A stretch of 48,112 nt of DNA, taken from an uncultured Bordetella sp. Its GTDB lineage: Bacteria > Pseudomonadota > Gammaproteobacteria > Burkholderiales > SG8-41. A model generated the notes under the pieces. The model was not told where the DNA came from, ran no database searches, and worked only from the letters and a program-made list of their open reading frames with translations. The DNA is taken from NCBI GenBank assembly GCA_964606765.1, contig CAZSIR010000006.1, forward strand, positions 1 through 48,112, in the 5' to 3' direction. Position 1 is the stretch's first letter. Each line of letters opens with the position of its first letter. The position numbers and the translations under genes were made by a program. This document shows, piece by piece, positions 17,676 through 28,538 of this stretch.

Positions 17676-19783
17676 GCGCCGGTTTTATGCGCGAGCAGGT
17701 CCAGCAGCTGTTCCTGCGCGCTTTGCGGTTTCGCCCGACCCGGAACACGGCAGCTGTACTGGCCGTCGCTGCCCATCAGCCAGGCCTGGGTATTGTCTTC
17801 AAGATAGGGCAGCAGACCTTCGGCGAGCACCCGCTGCTTCAGTTCCGGATCGAGGACGGGAAAACAGACTTCGACACGGCCGAAGAAATTGCGGTCCATC
17901 CAGTCGGCGCTCGACAGGAAGACGTCATCGGCGCCGTCGTTGTGAAAATGGAATACACGGGTATGTTCCAGGAAACGGCCGATGATCGAACGCACGCGGA
18001 TGTTTTCCGACAGGCCCGGCACCCCTGGACGCAGCGCGCAGACGCCGCGCACGATCAGGTCAATCTGCACACCGACTTTGGATGCCTCATACAGGGCGCT
18101 GACCACGTCGGTTTCCAGAAGCGCGTTCATCTTTGCAATGATCTGGCCTTTGCGCCCGGCCCTGGCAATCGCCGTTTCGTTCTCGATCGCGCGGATCATT
18201 TCCTTGTGCAGGGTGAACGGCGACTGGCGCAGATGGCGCAGCCTGGTGGCGCGGCCGAGTCCGGTCAATTGCATGAAAACTTCGGCGACATCGTTGCCAA
18301 TGTCCTCGTTGCAGGTGAACAGGCCGAAATCGGTGTAGAGCCGCGCCGTGCGCGGATGGTAGTTGCCGGTCGACAGGTGCACGTAACGCCGCAGCCCGTC
18401 GCCTTCGCGGCGCACCACCATCAGCATCTTGGCGTGGGTCTTGTGCCCGACCACGCCGTAGACGACATGGGCGCCGACCTCCTCCAGGCGCTGCGCCCAG
18501 TTGATGTTCGCCTCCTCGTCGAAGCGTGCCATCAGTTCCAGCACCACCGTCACTTCCTTGCCGCTGCGCGCTGCGCTGATCAGCACTTCCATCAGTTCCG
18601 ATTCGGCGCCGGTGCGGTACACCGTCATCTTGATCGCCGCCACCGCCGGATCACGCGCTGCCTGCTGCAGGAACACGATCACCGGCTGGAACGACTGGAA
18701 CGGGTGGTGCAGCAGCACATCGCGGATGCGGATGGCGCCGAACATGTCGCCGGGCTGCTGCAGCCGCTGCGGCAAACCGGGCCTGAACTGCGGAAATTTC
18801 AGATCCGGCCGGTCCACCCAGTCCGGCACGCTGATCACTCGCGCCAGATTCACCGGCCCGTCAACGCGGTAGAGATCCTCTTCGTCGAGCTTGAACTGGC
18901 TCAGCAGGAATCCCGAAATATGCTGCGAACAATTTTCGGTCACCTCAAGACGCACTTCATCGCCGAAATGTCGATGCGGCAATTCGCCGCGCAGCGCCGT
19001 GCGCAGATCCTTGACCTCTTCCTCGTCGACGAACAAATCACTGTTGCGCGTCAGGCGGAACTGGTAGCAGCCCAGCACCTTCATGCCGGTGAACAGCTCG
19101 CCGACATGTTCATGCAGGATCGACGACAGAAACACGAAATCGTATTCCGCGCCGGCGACATCCTGCGGCATGCGGATCACGCGCGGCAGCACCCGCGGCG
19201 CCTGCACGATCGCAATGCCCGAATTGCGCCCGAAGGCATCCTTGCCCTCGAGCTCGACGGCGAAATTAAGGCTCTTGTTGAGCACCCGCGGAAAGGGATG
19301 CGCCGGATCCAGGCCGATCGGGGTCAGCACCGGCATCACCTCGCGGTGGAAATACCCCTTGATCCAGTCCGCCTGCTGCGGCGTGAAGGCGCTGCGGCGC
19401 AAAAACCGTATGCCGGCCTGCTCCAGCCCCGGCAGCACTTCGGTGTTCAGCAGCTGGTACTGGCGCGCGACCAGTTCATGGGCCTGCTGCGCCACCTGCC
19501 GGTAAACCTGGTCGGCGCGCATCTGGTCCGGATAAATCGGCGCCGACCCCGCCTCGATCTCGGCCTGCAGACCCGCGACCCTGACTTCAAAAAATTCGTC
19601 CAGGTTGCTGCTGACGATGCAGAGGAAACGCAGGCGTTCGAGCAGCGGATGCGCGCGGTTTTCAGCCTGCGCCAGCACGCGCCGGTTGAAAGAAAGCAGC
19701 CCCAGCTCGCGGTTGAGATAAAACTCCGCGGCAAATCCTGATTTGCCCGGTGTGCGGCGCGGCCGGCGGGCTGCGGCGTTCAT
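17672..19783 (-). CDS. ppk1: Polyphosphate kinase 1
   Basis: NRELGLLSFNRRVL, NLDEFFEVRVA, DVLLHHPF, ARFDEEANI, KTHAKM, GRFLEH and SSADWM motifs. Confidence 0.97.
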   Translation of the reverse strand: MNAAARRPRRTPGKSGFAAEFYLNRELGLLSFNRRVLAQAENRAHPLLERLRFLCIVSSNLDEFFEVRVAGLQAEIEAGSAPIYPDQMRADQVYRQVAQQAHELVARQYQLLNTEVLPGLEQAGIRFLRRSAFTPQQADWIKGYFHREVMPVLTPIGLDPAHPFPRVLNKSLNFAVELEGKDAFGRNSGIAIVQAPRVLPRVIRMPQDVAGAEYDFVFLSSILHEHVGELFTGMKVLGCYQFRLTRNSDLFVDEEEVKDLRTALRGELPHRHFGDEVRLEVTENCSQHISGFLLSQFKLDEEDLYRVDGPVNLARVISVPDWVDRPDLKFPQFRPGLPQRLQQPGDMFGAIRIRDVLLHHPFQSFQPVIVFLQQAARDPAVAAIKMTVYRTGAESELMEVLISAARSGKEVTVVLELMARFDEEANINWAQRLEEVGAHVVYGVVGHKTHAKMLMVVRREGDGLRRYVHLSTGNYHPRTARLYTDFGLFTCNEDIGNDVAEVFMQLTGLGRATRLRHLRQSPFTLHKEMIRAIENETAIARAGRKGQIIAKMNALLETDVVSALYEASKVGVQIDLIVRGVCALRPGVPGLSENIRVRSIIGRFLEHTRVFHFHNDGADDVFLSSADWMDRNFFGRVEVCFPVLDPELKQRVLAEGLLPYLEDNTQAWLMGSDGQYSCRVPGRAKPQSAQEQLLDLLAHKTGA

Positions 19784-19819
19784 TCCGGGCCGGGCCCTGA
19801 CAGGCAGGGAAGGGAAACG

Positions 19820-20095
19820 TCAGGAACGGGGGGGCGGCACATAGCCGGCAGCAGCGTCGGCGCCGCTGCCGAAAAAATGCTTTTCCATCTGTTGCGCAAG
19901 ATAATCACGGGCTTTCTTGTCCGCCAGATTGAGCCGGTTCTCGTTGACCAGCATTTTTTGCTGCTCCAGCCACTGTTTCCAGGCTTCCTTGGACACATTT
20001 GCAAATATGCGTTTGCCCAATTCACCGGGATAGGGCGGAAAATCAAGGCCCTCGGCTTCGCGTTTGAGTTTTACGCATTGCACCTGGCGCGCCAT
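19820..20095 (-). CDS. yggX: Fe(II)-trafficking / oxidative damage protection protein YggX
   Basis: [34 protein letters not shown] and GYVPP motifs. Confidence 0.93.
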   Translation of the reverse strand: MARQVQCVKLKREAEGLDFPPYPGELGKRIFANVSKEAWKQWLEQQKMLVNENRLNLADKKARDYLAQQMEKHFFGSGADAAAGYVPPPRS

Positions 20096-20106
20096 TTCAC
20101 TTCTCC

Positions 20107-20140
20107 AGAATAAGACAAAATTGTTAACGAATTGTGACAG
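20107..20140 (-). promoter_or_regulatory. Putative Pho box plus -10 element upstream of yggX-ppk1
   Basis: On the minus strand: CTGTCACAATTCGTTAAC, a 10-bp spacer, then TATTCT. The sequence also reads as three 11-bp units (CTGTCACAATT/CGTTAACAATT/TTGTCTTATTC). Confidence 0.6.
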
Positions 20141-20175
20141 CCGCCCTGCAGCAGCCGGGCCGGCGCCGCGCCCTG

Positions 20176-21561
20176 CTAGAGCTTCTTGATCAGCACCACC
20201 GAACGGCGATGGTAGTTGTAGAGCTCCTTCTTTTTCTGCGGCAGCGCACTGACATCGGTTTCGATGAATCCGCGCTCGACGAACCAGTGTTCGGCGCGCG
20301 TGGTGAGCACAAACAACTGCTTAAGGCGCAATCCGCGCGCCCTTTTTTCGACTGCCTCCAGCAGGCGCTCGCCGGCGCCGCGGCCGCGGAATTCCGGATG
20401 CACCGCCAGCCCGGCCAGCTCGCCGGAGCGTTCATCCGAAAACGGGTACAGCCCCGCGCACCCGATGATCAGCCGGTCATGCTCCAGAACCCAGAAGCGG
20501 TCGATTTCCATTTCCAGCAGGTCGCGGTTGCGCTTGACCAGTATGCCCTCCGCTTCCAGCGGTTCGATCAGCCCGAGGATGCCGCCGATGTCGTCAATTT
20601 TTGCGTGGCGCAGCGTCTCCAGCGGGTCCGGCGTCACCAGCGTGCCGACGCCCTTGTGGGTAAACAGCTCCAGCAGCAGGCTGTCATCCAGATGTCCGGA
20701 AATCAGGTGCGAGCGTCCCACGCCCTGTTCGCAGGCGCGAACCGCCGCCGGCAGATAAGTCTGCATCTCCTCCGAGGCAACGCGGCCCCGCGTCAGCAGG
20801 TTGCGCGCCTCGCGCACGGTGAGTTCGCGCAGCAGTTCGCCGCGCCGTCCGGTTACGCCGGTCGATTCCATCAGGAAAATCAGCTTGTCCGCCTTCAGGG
20901 CCACCGCAGTTGCCGCAGCAACGTCGCCCAGCGCCAGGTTGAATACCTCGCCGGTCGGTGAATAACCCAGGGGCGAAATCACCACCAGCTCATCATCCTT
21001 CAGCCTCCGCTCGATCGCCAGCGCATCCACCTTGCGCACTTCGCCGGTGTGCATCAGATCGACGCCATCAACAACGCCGATCGGCCGTGCGGTGACGAAA
21101 TTGCCGCTGGCGACGCGGATGTCGGCGCCGGCCATCGGCGAATTGGGCAGGCCCATCGACAGCAAAGCCTCGATCTGCACGCGCAGCGTGCCGGCAACTT
21201 CCATCGCCGCCTCCAGCGCCGGCGCATCGGTGATGCGCAGCTTTTCGGCAAAACGACTGCGGATTTTCTGCGTTTTGAGCTTGGCCTCGATCTGGCGCCG
21301 GGAACCATGCACCAGCACCAGCTTCACGCCCAGCGCGGCGAGCAGGTTCAGGTCATGGGTCAAATGGAAAAAACGCCCGTCGGCCACCACCTCTCCGCCG
21401 AAGGCGATCACGAACACCTTGCCGCGAAAAGCGTGGATGTAGGGCGCAACCGACTGGAACCAGTCGATGAAGCGATCCTGCGCCGACAGCCGCGGACGCG
21501 CGCCGCCGCCGGTTTTCCCGGCATCACCGGCGGCATTCTTTTTGTTGTTCGGGGTGGAAAT
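20176..21561 (-). CDS. argA: Amino-acid N-acetyltransferase (N-acetylglutamate synthase); probable non-canonical ATT start
   Basis: [50 protein letters not shown] and a C-terminal GNAT domain. The frame is open back to TGA at 21588 with no ATG/GTG/TTG before 21417. The start position is inferred. Confidence 0.93.
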   Translation of the reverse strand: MSTPNNKKNAAGDAGKTGGGARPRLSAQDRFIDWFQSVAPYIHAFRGKVFVIAFGGEVVADGRFFHLTHDLNLLAALGVKLVLVHGSRRQIEAKLKTQKIRSRFAEKLRITDAPALEAAMEVAGTLRVQIEALLSMGLPNSPMAGADIRVASGNFVTARPIGVVDGVDLMHTGEVRKVDALAIERRLKDDELVVISPLGYSPTGEVFNLALGDVAAATAVALKADKLIFLMESTGVTGRRGELLRELTVREARNLLTRGRVASEEMQTYLPAAVRACEQGVGRSHLISGHLDDSLLLELFTHKGVGTLVTPDPLETLRHAKIDDIGGILGLIEPLEAEGILVKRNRDLLEMEIDRFWVLEHDRLIIGCAGLYPFSDERSGELAGLAVHPEFRGRGAGERLLEAVEKRARGLRLKQLFVLTTRAEHWFVERGFIETDVSALPQKKKELYNYHRRSVVLIKKL

Positions 21562-21660
21562 GGCTGCTTCCTTTCTGCGCTTTGTTCAATTGATGGTATG
21601 CGAGAACCCGGCACGGGGAAAGCGCGGGGAAAACCGCGGCTTCTTTGCTTCCGGACGAAC

Positions 21661-22389
21661 CTAGAAATCCCCCCACAGGGTCTGCATCGCCGCCAGCAGG
21701 GCCACCGCCGCGGTTTCCGTGCGCAGCACACGCGGCCCGAGCCTCAGCGGCAGGTAGCCGGCGCGCCGGGCATCCTCGGCTTCCACCGCCGTCAACCCGC
21801 CCTCGGGTCCGGCCAGCACCGTCACCATGCCCCGGGGTCTCGACAACTCCCGCAGGCCCGTCGCCGCCGCGGGCGCCAGCAACAGCCGCAGGTCATTCCC
21901 CTCCGCCGGCTGCTGCAGCCAGTCGCGCAACGGCAGCAGCGGCCTCACCTCGGGCACCCGGTTTCGTCCGCATTGTTCGCAGGCTGCAGTCACCACGCCC
22001 TGCCAGTGCACAACACGCTTGGCGGCGCGCTCACCCGACAGGCGCACGACACAACGCTCGCTCAGCAGCGGCTGCACCACGTTCACACCCAGTTCCACCG
22101 CTTTCTGGATCGTGTAATCCATGCGTTCGCCGCTGGACACGGCCTGCGCCAAGGTCACTTGCAGCGGCGACTCGCGGTCTTCCCGGCGGCTGCCGCTCAC
22201 CCGTACGCTCACCGCACCGCGTGCCGTGCTGGCGATGACTGCGTCATGCACCGTGCCGCGACCGTCAAACAGCAACACCGGATCACCGGGCGCAAGGCGC
22301 AGCACATGCAGCACATGGTGCGCCTTGAAGTCCGGCAGGCGGCATTCGCCATGTTCCGGGATTGCTTCCGGAAAATATATTCTGGTCAA
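21661..22389 (-). CDS. rsmE: 16S rRNA (uracil1498-N3)-methyltransferase
   Basis: HVLRL, QKAVELGV, ACEQCGR, GPEGGL and LGPRVLRTETA motifs. TTG start at 22389 is inferred. Confidence 0.94.
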   Translation of the reverse strand: MTRIYFPEAIPEHGECRLPDFKAHHVLHVLRLAPGDPVLLFDGRGTVHDAVIASTARGAVSVRVSGSRREDRESPLQVTLAQAVSSGERMDYTIQKAVELGVNVVQPLLSERCVVRLSGERAAKRVVHWQGVVTAACEQCGRNRVPEVRPLLPLRDWLQQPAEGNDLRLLLAPAAATGLRELSRPRGMVTVLAGPEGGLTAVEAEDARRAGYLPLRLGPRVLRTETAAVALLAAMQTLWGDF

Positions 22390-22529
22390 TGGGTTAGCCG
22401 ATGTTTTCGAGCGCCAAATTATGCCATATCGGTGGTCAGGGGACCGCCCTGCGGCAAGGCGTCGCAGCGCACCCGGGGTATACAATTGCGCTTTTTCCGG
22501 AGCGCACCGTTCCGGCAGGGAGATTCCGT

Positions 22530-23933
22530 TTGCGCATCGTCATCCTCGGCGCCGGCCAGGTCGGCAGTTCCGTCGCAGAAAATCTGGTCTCGGAAGCAAA
22601 CGACATCACCGTAGTCGACACGGATGCCCCGCGCCTGCGCAAACTGCAGGACCGCCTGGATCTGCGCACCATCATCGGCAACGCAGGCCACCCGGAGACG
22701 CTGGAGCGCGCCGGGGCGCGCGACGCCGACATGATCCTCGCGGTCACCCAGAGTGATGAAACCAACCTGGTCGCCTGCAAGCTGGCAGCGACGATGTTCA
22801 ACATCCCCACCAAAATCGCCCGTATCCGCGCCGCCGATTATCTGTCGCACCCGGAAATGTTCTCGCCGGAGAACTTTTGTGTCGATACCGTGATCTGCCC
22901 GGAGCAGGTGCTCACCGACTACATCGCCAAGCTGATTGAATTTCCGGAATCGCTGCAGGTGCTGGAATTCGCCGGCGGCAGCGTCAGCCTGGTCGCGGTG
23001 CGCGCCTTCCACGGCGGTCCGCTGGTCGGCAAGGAATTGCAGACCATCCGCAAGCACCTGCCCCATCTCGACACGCGGGTGGCGGCGATTTTCCGCCAGG
23101 ACAGCCCGATCATGCCGGACGGCTCCACGGTCATCGAGGCCGGTGACGAGGTGTTTTTCATTGCCGCCACGGAAAACATCCGCGGCATCATGCGTGAATT
23201 GCGGCGCATGGACAAACCGGTCAAACGCGTGATGATCGGCGGCGGCGGCAATATCGGTCGCCGGCTGGCCAAGGCGATCGAAGACCGCTACGACGTCAAG
23301 ATCATCGAATACAGCCGGTCCGGTGCGGAAAAACTCGCCGCTGAACTGCGGACCTCGCTGGTGCTGGTCGGCGACGTCACCGACGAAGACCTGCTGCAGG
23401 CCGAAAACATCGGCGACATGGATGTGTACTGCGCGCTGACCAATGACGACGAGAACAACATCATGTCCTCGCTGCTGGCCAAGCGCATGGGCGTGCGGCG
23501 GGTGGTCGCGCTGATCAACCGCGGCTCCTATGTCAATCTGGTGCAGGCGGGACAGATCGACATCGCGATTTCACCGGCACAGGCCACCATCGGCACGCTG
23601 CTCGCCCATGTCCGGCATGGCGACTGCGTGGCGGTGCACAGCCTGCGCCGCGGCGCCGCCGAAGCGCTGGAGCTGGTGGCCCATGGCGATGCAAAATCCT
23701 CGAAAGTCGTCGGCCGCCGCGTCGAGGAACTGGATCTGCCCAGGGGCGCCACCATCGGCGCCATCGTCCGCGCCGCGCCGGGCAACGGCAAGGCGGCGGG
23801 GAAAAACCAGGTGCTGATCGCCCATCACGATACCGTCATCGAGCCCGAAGACCACGTCATCGTGTTCGCGATCAGCAAAGGCATCGTGCCCAAGGTCGAG
23901 AAACTGTTCCAGGTCAGCGTCGGTTTTCTCTGA
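22530..23933 (+). CDS. trkA: Trk potassium uptake NAD-binding subunit
   Basis: Two RCK/NAD-binding units (ILGAGQVG, IGGGGNIG), TNDDENNI and SLRRGAAEALE. TTG start after GGGAGA. Confidence 0.94.
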   Translation: MRIVILGAGQVGSSVAENLVSEANDITVVDTDAPRLRKLQDRLDLRTIIGNAGHPETLERAGARDADMILAVTQSDETNLVACKLAATMFNIPTKIARIRAADYLSHPEMFSPENFCVDTVICPEQVLTDYIAKLIEFPESLQVLEFAGGSVSLVAVRAFHGGPLVGKELQTIRKHLPHLDTRVAAIFRQDSPIMPDGSTVIEAGDEVFFIAATENIRGIMRELRRMDKPVKRVMIGGGGNIGRRLAKAIEDRYDVKIIEYSRSGAEKLAAELRTSLVLVGDVTDEDLLQAENIGDMDVYCALTNDDENNIMSSLLAKRMGVRRVVALINRGSYVNLVQAGQIDIAISPAQATIGTLLAHVRHGDCVAVHSLRRGAAEALELVAHGDAKSSKVVGRRVEELDLPRGATIGAIVRAAPGNGKAAGKNQVLIAHHDTVIEPEDHVIVFAISKGIVPKVEKLFQVSVGFL

Positions 23934-23996
23934 GCGATTGGCCCGCCGGAGAAATCCATGCTGCCGTGCAGCGACCAAGCCGCCCGCTGATCAGCA

Positions 23997-25454
23997 ATGA
24001 CCTGGCTGCTGACAATCGCACCGGTCGCCTCGCTGATTGCGATGGCGATGAGTCTCACGCATCTGCTGCCGATCGGCGTCGCGTTGACCCTCGACGACGG
24101 CGCAGCCCGTCCGCTGATGTTGTCGATGGCCTTCAATTTTTCCGTGGGCGCCGTGATCTGGCTGTGCACGCGCCGTCACAAGCGCGAACTGAGCCTGCGC
24201 GAAGGCATACTGCTGGTGGTGGCCGTATGGTCGGGAGGCGCCCTGTTCGCCAGCCTGCCGTTGATGCTGACGATCCCGCAGATTTCCTTCACCGACGCCT
24301 ACTTTGAAGCCGTATCGGGGCTGACCGCCACTGGCGCCACGGTGATCACCGGCCTCGATGCGCTGCCGCCATCCGTCAACGTCTGGCGCGCCTTGCTGCA
24401 ATGGCTGGGCGGGATGGGCGTCATCGTGCTGGTCGTGGCGATACTGCCGATGCTGGGCGTGGGCGGACGGCAGATTTCCAAGTCGGAAATTCCCGGCCCG
24501 ATGAAGGACGAACAGCTGACGCCCCGCATCACCCAGACCGCCAAGGGCCTGTGGCTGATCTACGCCATGCTGACACTGGCCTGCGGCTACGCCTATCATG
24601 CCGCCGGCATGTCTGCGCTGGACGCGATGATCCACAGCTTCACGACCATGTCGCTGGGCGGATTTTCCTCGTATGACGCCAGCTTTGCCCATTTCAACTC
24701 GGCGACGGTTGAACTGGTGGCAATCTGCTTCATGATCATCGCCGGCATCAACTTTTCCACCCATTTTCTCGCCTGGCGCAGAAAAAACCTGCTGCCCTAC
24801 GCCCGCGATACTGAAGCGCGGTATTTCATGCTGGCGATCCTGGCCAGCATTGCAGGCATATCCATCCTGCTCTACGGCTCGGGCACCTACGCGGATTTGC
24901 CGACTGCCGTGCGTTATGCCGCCTTCAACATCATTTCCGTCGGCACCACCACCGGTTATGCCACGGCCGATTACAACCTGTGGCCGGTGTTCGCCCCTCT
25001 GTGGGTGCTGTTTCTCGGCACATTCCTCAGCTGCTCGGGTTCCACTGGCGGCGGCATCAAGATGATGCGCGCGGTGATTCTTTACCGGCAGGTGTACCGT
25101 GAAATCAAAAGCCTCGCCCACCCGCAGGCAGTCAGCCCGGTCAAGGTCGCCGGCCATGTCGTCGCCGACCCGGTGGTTTTCGCGGTACTGGGTTTTTTCT
25201 TTGTCTGGGTCGCGCTGCTGGTCAGCATGACGCTGGTACTCGGCTGGACCGGGCTCGACGCAATGACTGCATTTTCCGCCGTGGTCGCGTCACTGAACAA
25301 CATCGGCCCCGGACTGCATCAGGTCGGGCCGGCCACCAATTTTTCGGTGCTGACCGACTTTCAGACCTGGGTCTGCACCTTTGCCATGTTGCTCGGCCGC
25401 CTGGAGCTGTTCGCGCTGCTGGTGGTTTTTACGCCGGCATTCTGGCGCAAATGA
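23997..25454 (+). CDS. trkH: Trk potassium uptake permease
   Basis: Hydrophobic multi-TM protein with pore loops SGLTATGA, SLGGFS, GTTTGY and NNIGPG, plus GSTGGGIK and LGRLE. Confidence 0.94.
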   Translation: MTWLLTIAPVASLIAMAMSLTHLLPIGVALTLDDGAARPLMLSMAFNFSVGAVIWLCTRRHKRELSLREGILLVVAVWSGGALFASLPLMLTIPQISFTDAYFEAVSGLTATGATVITGLDALPPSVNVWRALLQWLGGMGVIVLVVAILPMLGVGGRQISKSEIPGPMKDEQLTPRITQTAKGLWLIYAMLTLACGYAYHAAGMSALDAMIHSFTTMSLGGFSSYDASFAHFNSATVELVAICFMIIAGINFSTHFLAWRRKNLLPYARDTEARYFMLAILASIAGISILLYGSGTYADLPTAVRYAAFNIISVGTTTGYATADYNLWPVFAPLWVLFLGTFLSCSGSTGGGIKMMRAVILYRQVYREIKSLAHPQAVSPVKVAGHVVADPVVFAVLGFFFVWVALLVSMTLVLGWTGLDAMTAFSAVVASLNNIGPGLHQVGPATNFSVLTDFQTWVCTFAMLLGRLELFALLVVFTPAFWRK

Positions 25455-25464
25455 ATCGCGGGCA

Positions 25465-26931
25465 TCATCCCGCCCTTGCCGATTTGAACAATTCCAGCGC
25501 GCGCAGGCGCGCCGCGGCGTGGTCCACCACCGGCGCCGGGTAATCGGTTCCGATGGCAATCCCGGCGGCGCCCGGCCGCGTCCATGGCGCATGGATGGTG
25601 CGCGCTTCACATTCCGCCAGCTCCGGCACATAGCGGCGTATGAACGCGCCCTCCGGGTCAAATCGCTCGGACTGAGTCACCGGATTGAAAATGCGGAAAT
25701 ATGGCTGCGCGTCGCAGCCGGTGGACGCGGCCCATTGCCAGCCGCCATTGTTGGCCGCGAGATCATAATCATTGAGACGGTCGGCAAAATACTTTTCACC
25801 GAGCCGCCAGTCCACCAGCAGATCCTTCACCAGAAAAGACGCGGCGATCATGCGCAGCCGGTTGTGCATGTAACCGGTCTGGTTCAGCTGGCGCATCGCG
25901 GCATCGACGATCGGATATCCTGTGCGGCCTTCGCGCCAGGCGGCAAACAGGTTCGCGTCATTGGGCCAGCGGATGGCGTCGTACGCCGGCTTGAACGCGC
26001 TTGAGACGACGCGCGGATGATGGTGCAGGATCATGAAATAGAAATCGCGCCACACCAGTTCCGACAGCCAGGTCGCGGCACCCTCCCCGCCACCCGCATG
26101 CAGGGACTGCCATGCAACCCGCGCCAGTTCGCGAATGGAAATCGTGCCGAAACGCAGGTGCACCGACAGGTAGGACGGCCCCTTCTTCGCCGGAAAATCG
26201 CGTGTGTCCCGGTATTTCTTCATGCGCGGCGTGAAATCGGCAAACAGTTTTTTTGCCTCCCTGCTGCCGCCACTGATGCCCAGCGCTCGCAGGTTGGTCG
26301 GCTCGAATCCGATATCCGCAAGAGTCGGCGTTTTGCGGCTTCCCGGTGCCGGCGCCAGTTTTTCAGCGTACCGTTCAACCGGGTAGGCCTTGAGAAAAAA
26401 AGCATCGAGTTTATTCAGCCACGCATTTTTGTACGGCGTAAATACCGAAAACGGCGTGCCCCCCTGAGTCAGTATTTCATCCTTCTCGAAAACGACCTGG
26501 TCCTTGCGCGTGAAAAACCCGCGCGGCTGCAAAGCCTGCGCAACCGCGGTATCGCGCGCCAGCGCGGCCGGCTCGTAGTCGTGATTCGCATACACCGCTT
26601 CCACGCCCAGCGCCGCTGCCAGCCGTGGAATCTCGGTTCGTGCCGCCCCATGCAGGACTGTCAGGCCGCCGCCCAGTGCGGCCAGTTCGCGCCCGAGTTC
26701 CTCCACGGACTGCACGATGAATTCAACGCGGCGATCGCTGCGCGAAGGCAAAACATCAAGAATTTCAGTGTCGTAGACAAAAACACAATAAACGCGGCGC
26801 GCAGACTTCAGCGCGGCATACAGCGCGGCATTGTCGGTCACGCGCAAATCGCGGCGAAACCACATCAGCGCGGAGTCAATGGCAGGCATCGGTGTTTTCT
26901 TTCCAGGTGATTTGATTGTCGCTGTTGCCAC
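25465..26931 (-). CDS. phrB: Deoxyribodipyrimidine photolyase (class I CPD photolyase family)
   Basis: [46 protein letters not shown] and NNGGWQW motifs. The start may instead be ATG 26889. Confidence 0.92.
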   Translation of the reverse strand: MATATIKSPGKKTPMPAIDSALMWFRRDLRVTDNAALYAALKSARRVYCVFVYDTEILDVLPSRSDRRVEFIVQSVEELGRELAALGGGLTVLHGAARTEIPRLAAALGVEAVYANHDYEPAALARDTAVAQALQPRGFFTRKDQVVFEKDEILTQGGTPFSVFTPYKNAWLNKLDAFFLKAYPVERYAEKLAPAPGSRKTPTLADIGFEPTNLRALGISGGSREAKKLFADFTPRMKKYRDTRDFPAKKGPSYLSVHLRFGTISIRELARVAWQSLHAGGGEGAATWLSELVWRDFYFMILHHHPRVVSSAFKPAYDAIRWPNDANLFAAWREGRTGYPIVDAAMRQLNQTGYMHNRLRMIAASFLVKDLLVDWRLGEKYFADRLNDYDLAANNGGWQWAASTGCDAQPYFRIFNPVTQSERFDPEGAFIRRYVPELAECEARTIHAPWTRPGAAGIAIGTDYPAPVVDHAAARLRALELFKSARAG

Positions 26932-26956
26932 CCGGCCTTACAATAGCGCCGCACCG

Positions 26957-27517
26957 ATGAACAGCGTCGATCTCACCCAGCATTTTCTGATTGCCATGCC
27001 GGCCATGGTCGATCCGCACTTTGCCAAATCACTGACGCTGGTCTGCGAACACAACGAAAACGGCGCCCTCGGCATCGTCATCAACCGGCCCACCGATCTC
27101 AACCTGCACGGCCTGCTGGAACAGGTCAAAATCACGCCGGAGCTTGATCGTTTTCGCGGCGTGCCGGTCCATTTCGGCGGCCCGGTGCAGGTCGACCGCG
27201 GTTTTGTGCTGCATCGGCCGGTGGGCGCCTGGCAATCGACGCTGGCCGTCGGCGCCGAAATCGGCCTGACCACCTCGAAGGACATCCTCGAAGCCGTCGC
27301 CCGCGGCGAAGGGCCGCCACAAATGCTGGTCACGCTCGGCTATGCCGGCTGGGCGCCGGGACAGCTCGAACATGAGCTCGCGCAAAACGCCTGGCTCACC
27401 GTGCCTGCGCGCAGCGACATCCTCTTCGACATGCCGGCCGAGGAACGGCTCGCCGCCGCGATGCAGTCGCTGGGCGTCGATTACGCCAATCTCTCGGACG
27501 TCGCCGGACACGCGTGA
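26957..27517 (+). CDS. yqgE: YqgE/AlgH family protein
   Basis: [41 protein letters not shown] and AGHA C-terminus. Confidence 0.92.
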   Translation: MNSVDLTQHFLIAMPAMVDPHFAKSLTLVCEHNENGALGIVINRPTDLNLHGLLEQVKITPELDRFRGVPVHFGGPVQVDRGFVLHRPVGAWQSTLAVGAEIGLTTSKDILEAVARGEGPPQMLVTLGYAGWAPGQLEHELAQNAWLTVPARSDILFDMPAEERLAAAMQSLGVDYANLSDVAGHA

Positions 27518-27957
27518 GCCCGCGGCCCGCTCGCGGCTCCGTGCTCGCATTCGATTTTGGCGAAAAGCGCATCGGCGTTGCTGTTGGCGAGCTGGAGCTG
27601 GCTATACCCCATGCGCTGGCGGTCATCTCGGCAGAAGACAATGACAGCCGGTTCGCCGAGATCGCCGCGCTGATCAGCGAATGGCGGCCGGTGCGGCTGG
27701 TCGTCGGTGTTGCCAGCCATGCCGACGGGGCGGTCCATGAAACCGGGCGGCTGGCACGCCGCTTCGGCCAGCGGCTCCACGGCCGGTTTGCCATCGCCGT
27801 GGATTTTGTCGACGAACGCCTGACTTCACTCGCGGCCGAGGCCGCATTGCGGGAAGCCGGGCTGCGTGCCGACAAACGCGCCGCGCTGCTGGATGCGGCG
27901 GCGGCGGCAGAAATCCTGCGCAGCTGGTTTGCCGCTGCGCCGGCGGGCGAAGACTAG
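27514..27957 (+). CDS. ruvX: YqgF/RuvX RNase H-like nuclease
   Basis: [20 protein letters not shown] and DAAAAAEIL motifs; overlaps the yqgE stop (GTGA). Confidence 0.9.
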   Translation: MSPRPARGSVLAFDFGEKRIGVAVGELELAIPHALAVISAEDNDSRFAEIAALISEWRPVRLVVGVASHADGAVHETGRLARRFGQRLHGRFAIAVDFVDERLTSLAAEAALREAGLRADKRAALLDAAAAAEILRSWFAAAPAGED

Positions 27958-28029
27958 GGTCCGCCCAGCCCAAAATTTGCCGCTTCGGCATTTTAGCGGC
28001 GCACCGATTGTGTTAGTCTACGGCCCGCC

Positions 28030-28533
28030 ATGCCGGCTAACCCGCTTCCTGATGCCGAGCAACTGCTCGCATCGCTGACCGACCGTATGCGGCCCGCCAT
28101 CGGGCCGAACACCGGACTGGTCGGCATTCATACCGGCGGCGTCTGGCTCGCCGAACGCCTGCACCAGGCCCTCGGCATCCAGCTTCCCCTCGGCACCCTC
28201 GACGTTTCCTTCTACCGCGACGACTTCAACAAGAAGGGGCTCCGGCGCAACGTCAAGAGTTCCGACATCCCCTTCGACGTCGACGGCTGCGCCGTGGTGA
28301 TCGTCGATGATGTGCTGTACACCGGACGCACCATCCGCGCCGCCATCAACGAACTGTTCGATTATGGCCGCCCGGCGAGCATCCGCCTCGCCGCGCTGGT
28401 CGACCGCGGTGGCCGCGAGCTGCCGATTGCCGCCGAGTTTGTCGGCGCAGCAATCGAGGTGGCTGACGGCAGGAATATTGAACTCACGCGTGACACGCAG
28501 GGCCGCCTGGCCCTGGAGCTGGCGAAAGACTGA
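28030..28533 (+). CDS. pyrR: PyrR (pyrimidine regulator / uracil phosphoribosyltransferase)
   Basis: [23 protein letters not shown] and DRGGRELPI motifs. Confidence 0.93.
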   Translation: MPANPLPDAEQLLASLTDRMRPAIGPNTGLVGIHTGGVWLAERLHQALGIQLPLGTLDVSFYRDDFNKKGLRRNVKSSDIPFDVDGCAVVIVDDVLYTGRTIRAAINELFDYGRPASIRLAALVDRGGRELPIAAEFVGAAIEVADGRNIELTRDTQGRLALELAKD

Positions 28534-28538
28534 CTGCC

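Noticed and set aside
27958-28029. Possible PyrR attenuator upstream of pyrR
   Set aside because: No PyrR binding-loop motif or terminator/antiterminator with a U-tract is visible in the 72-bp gap.
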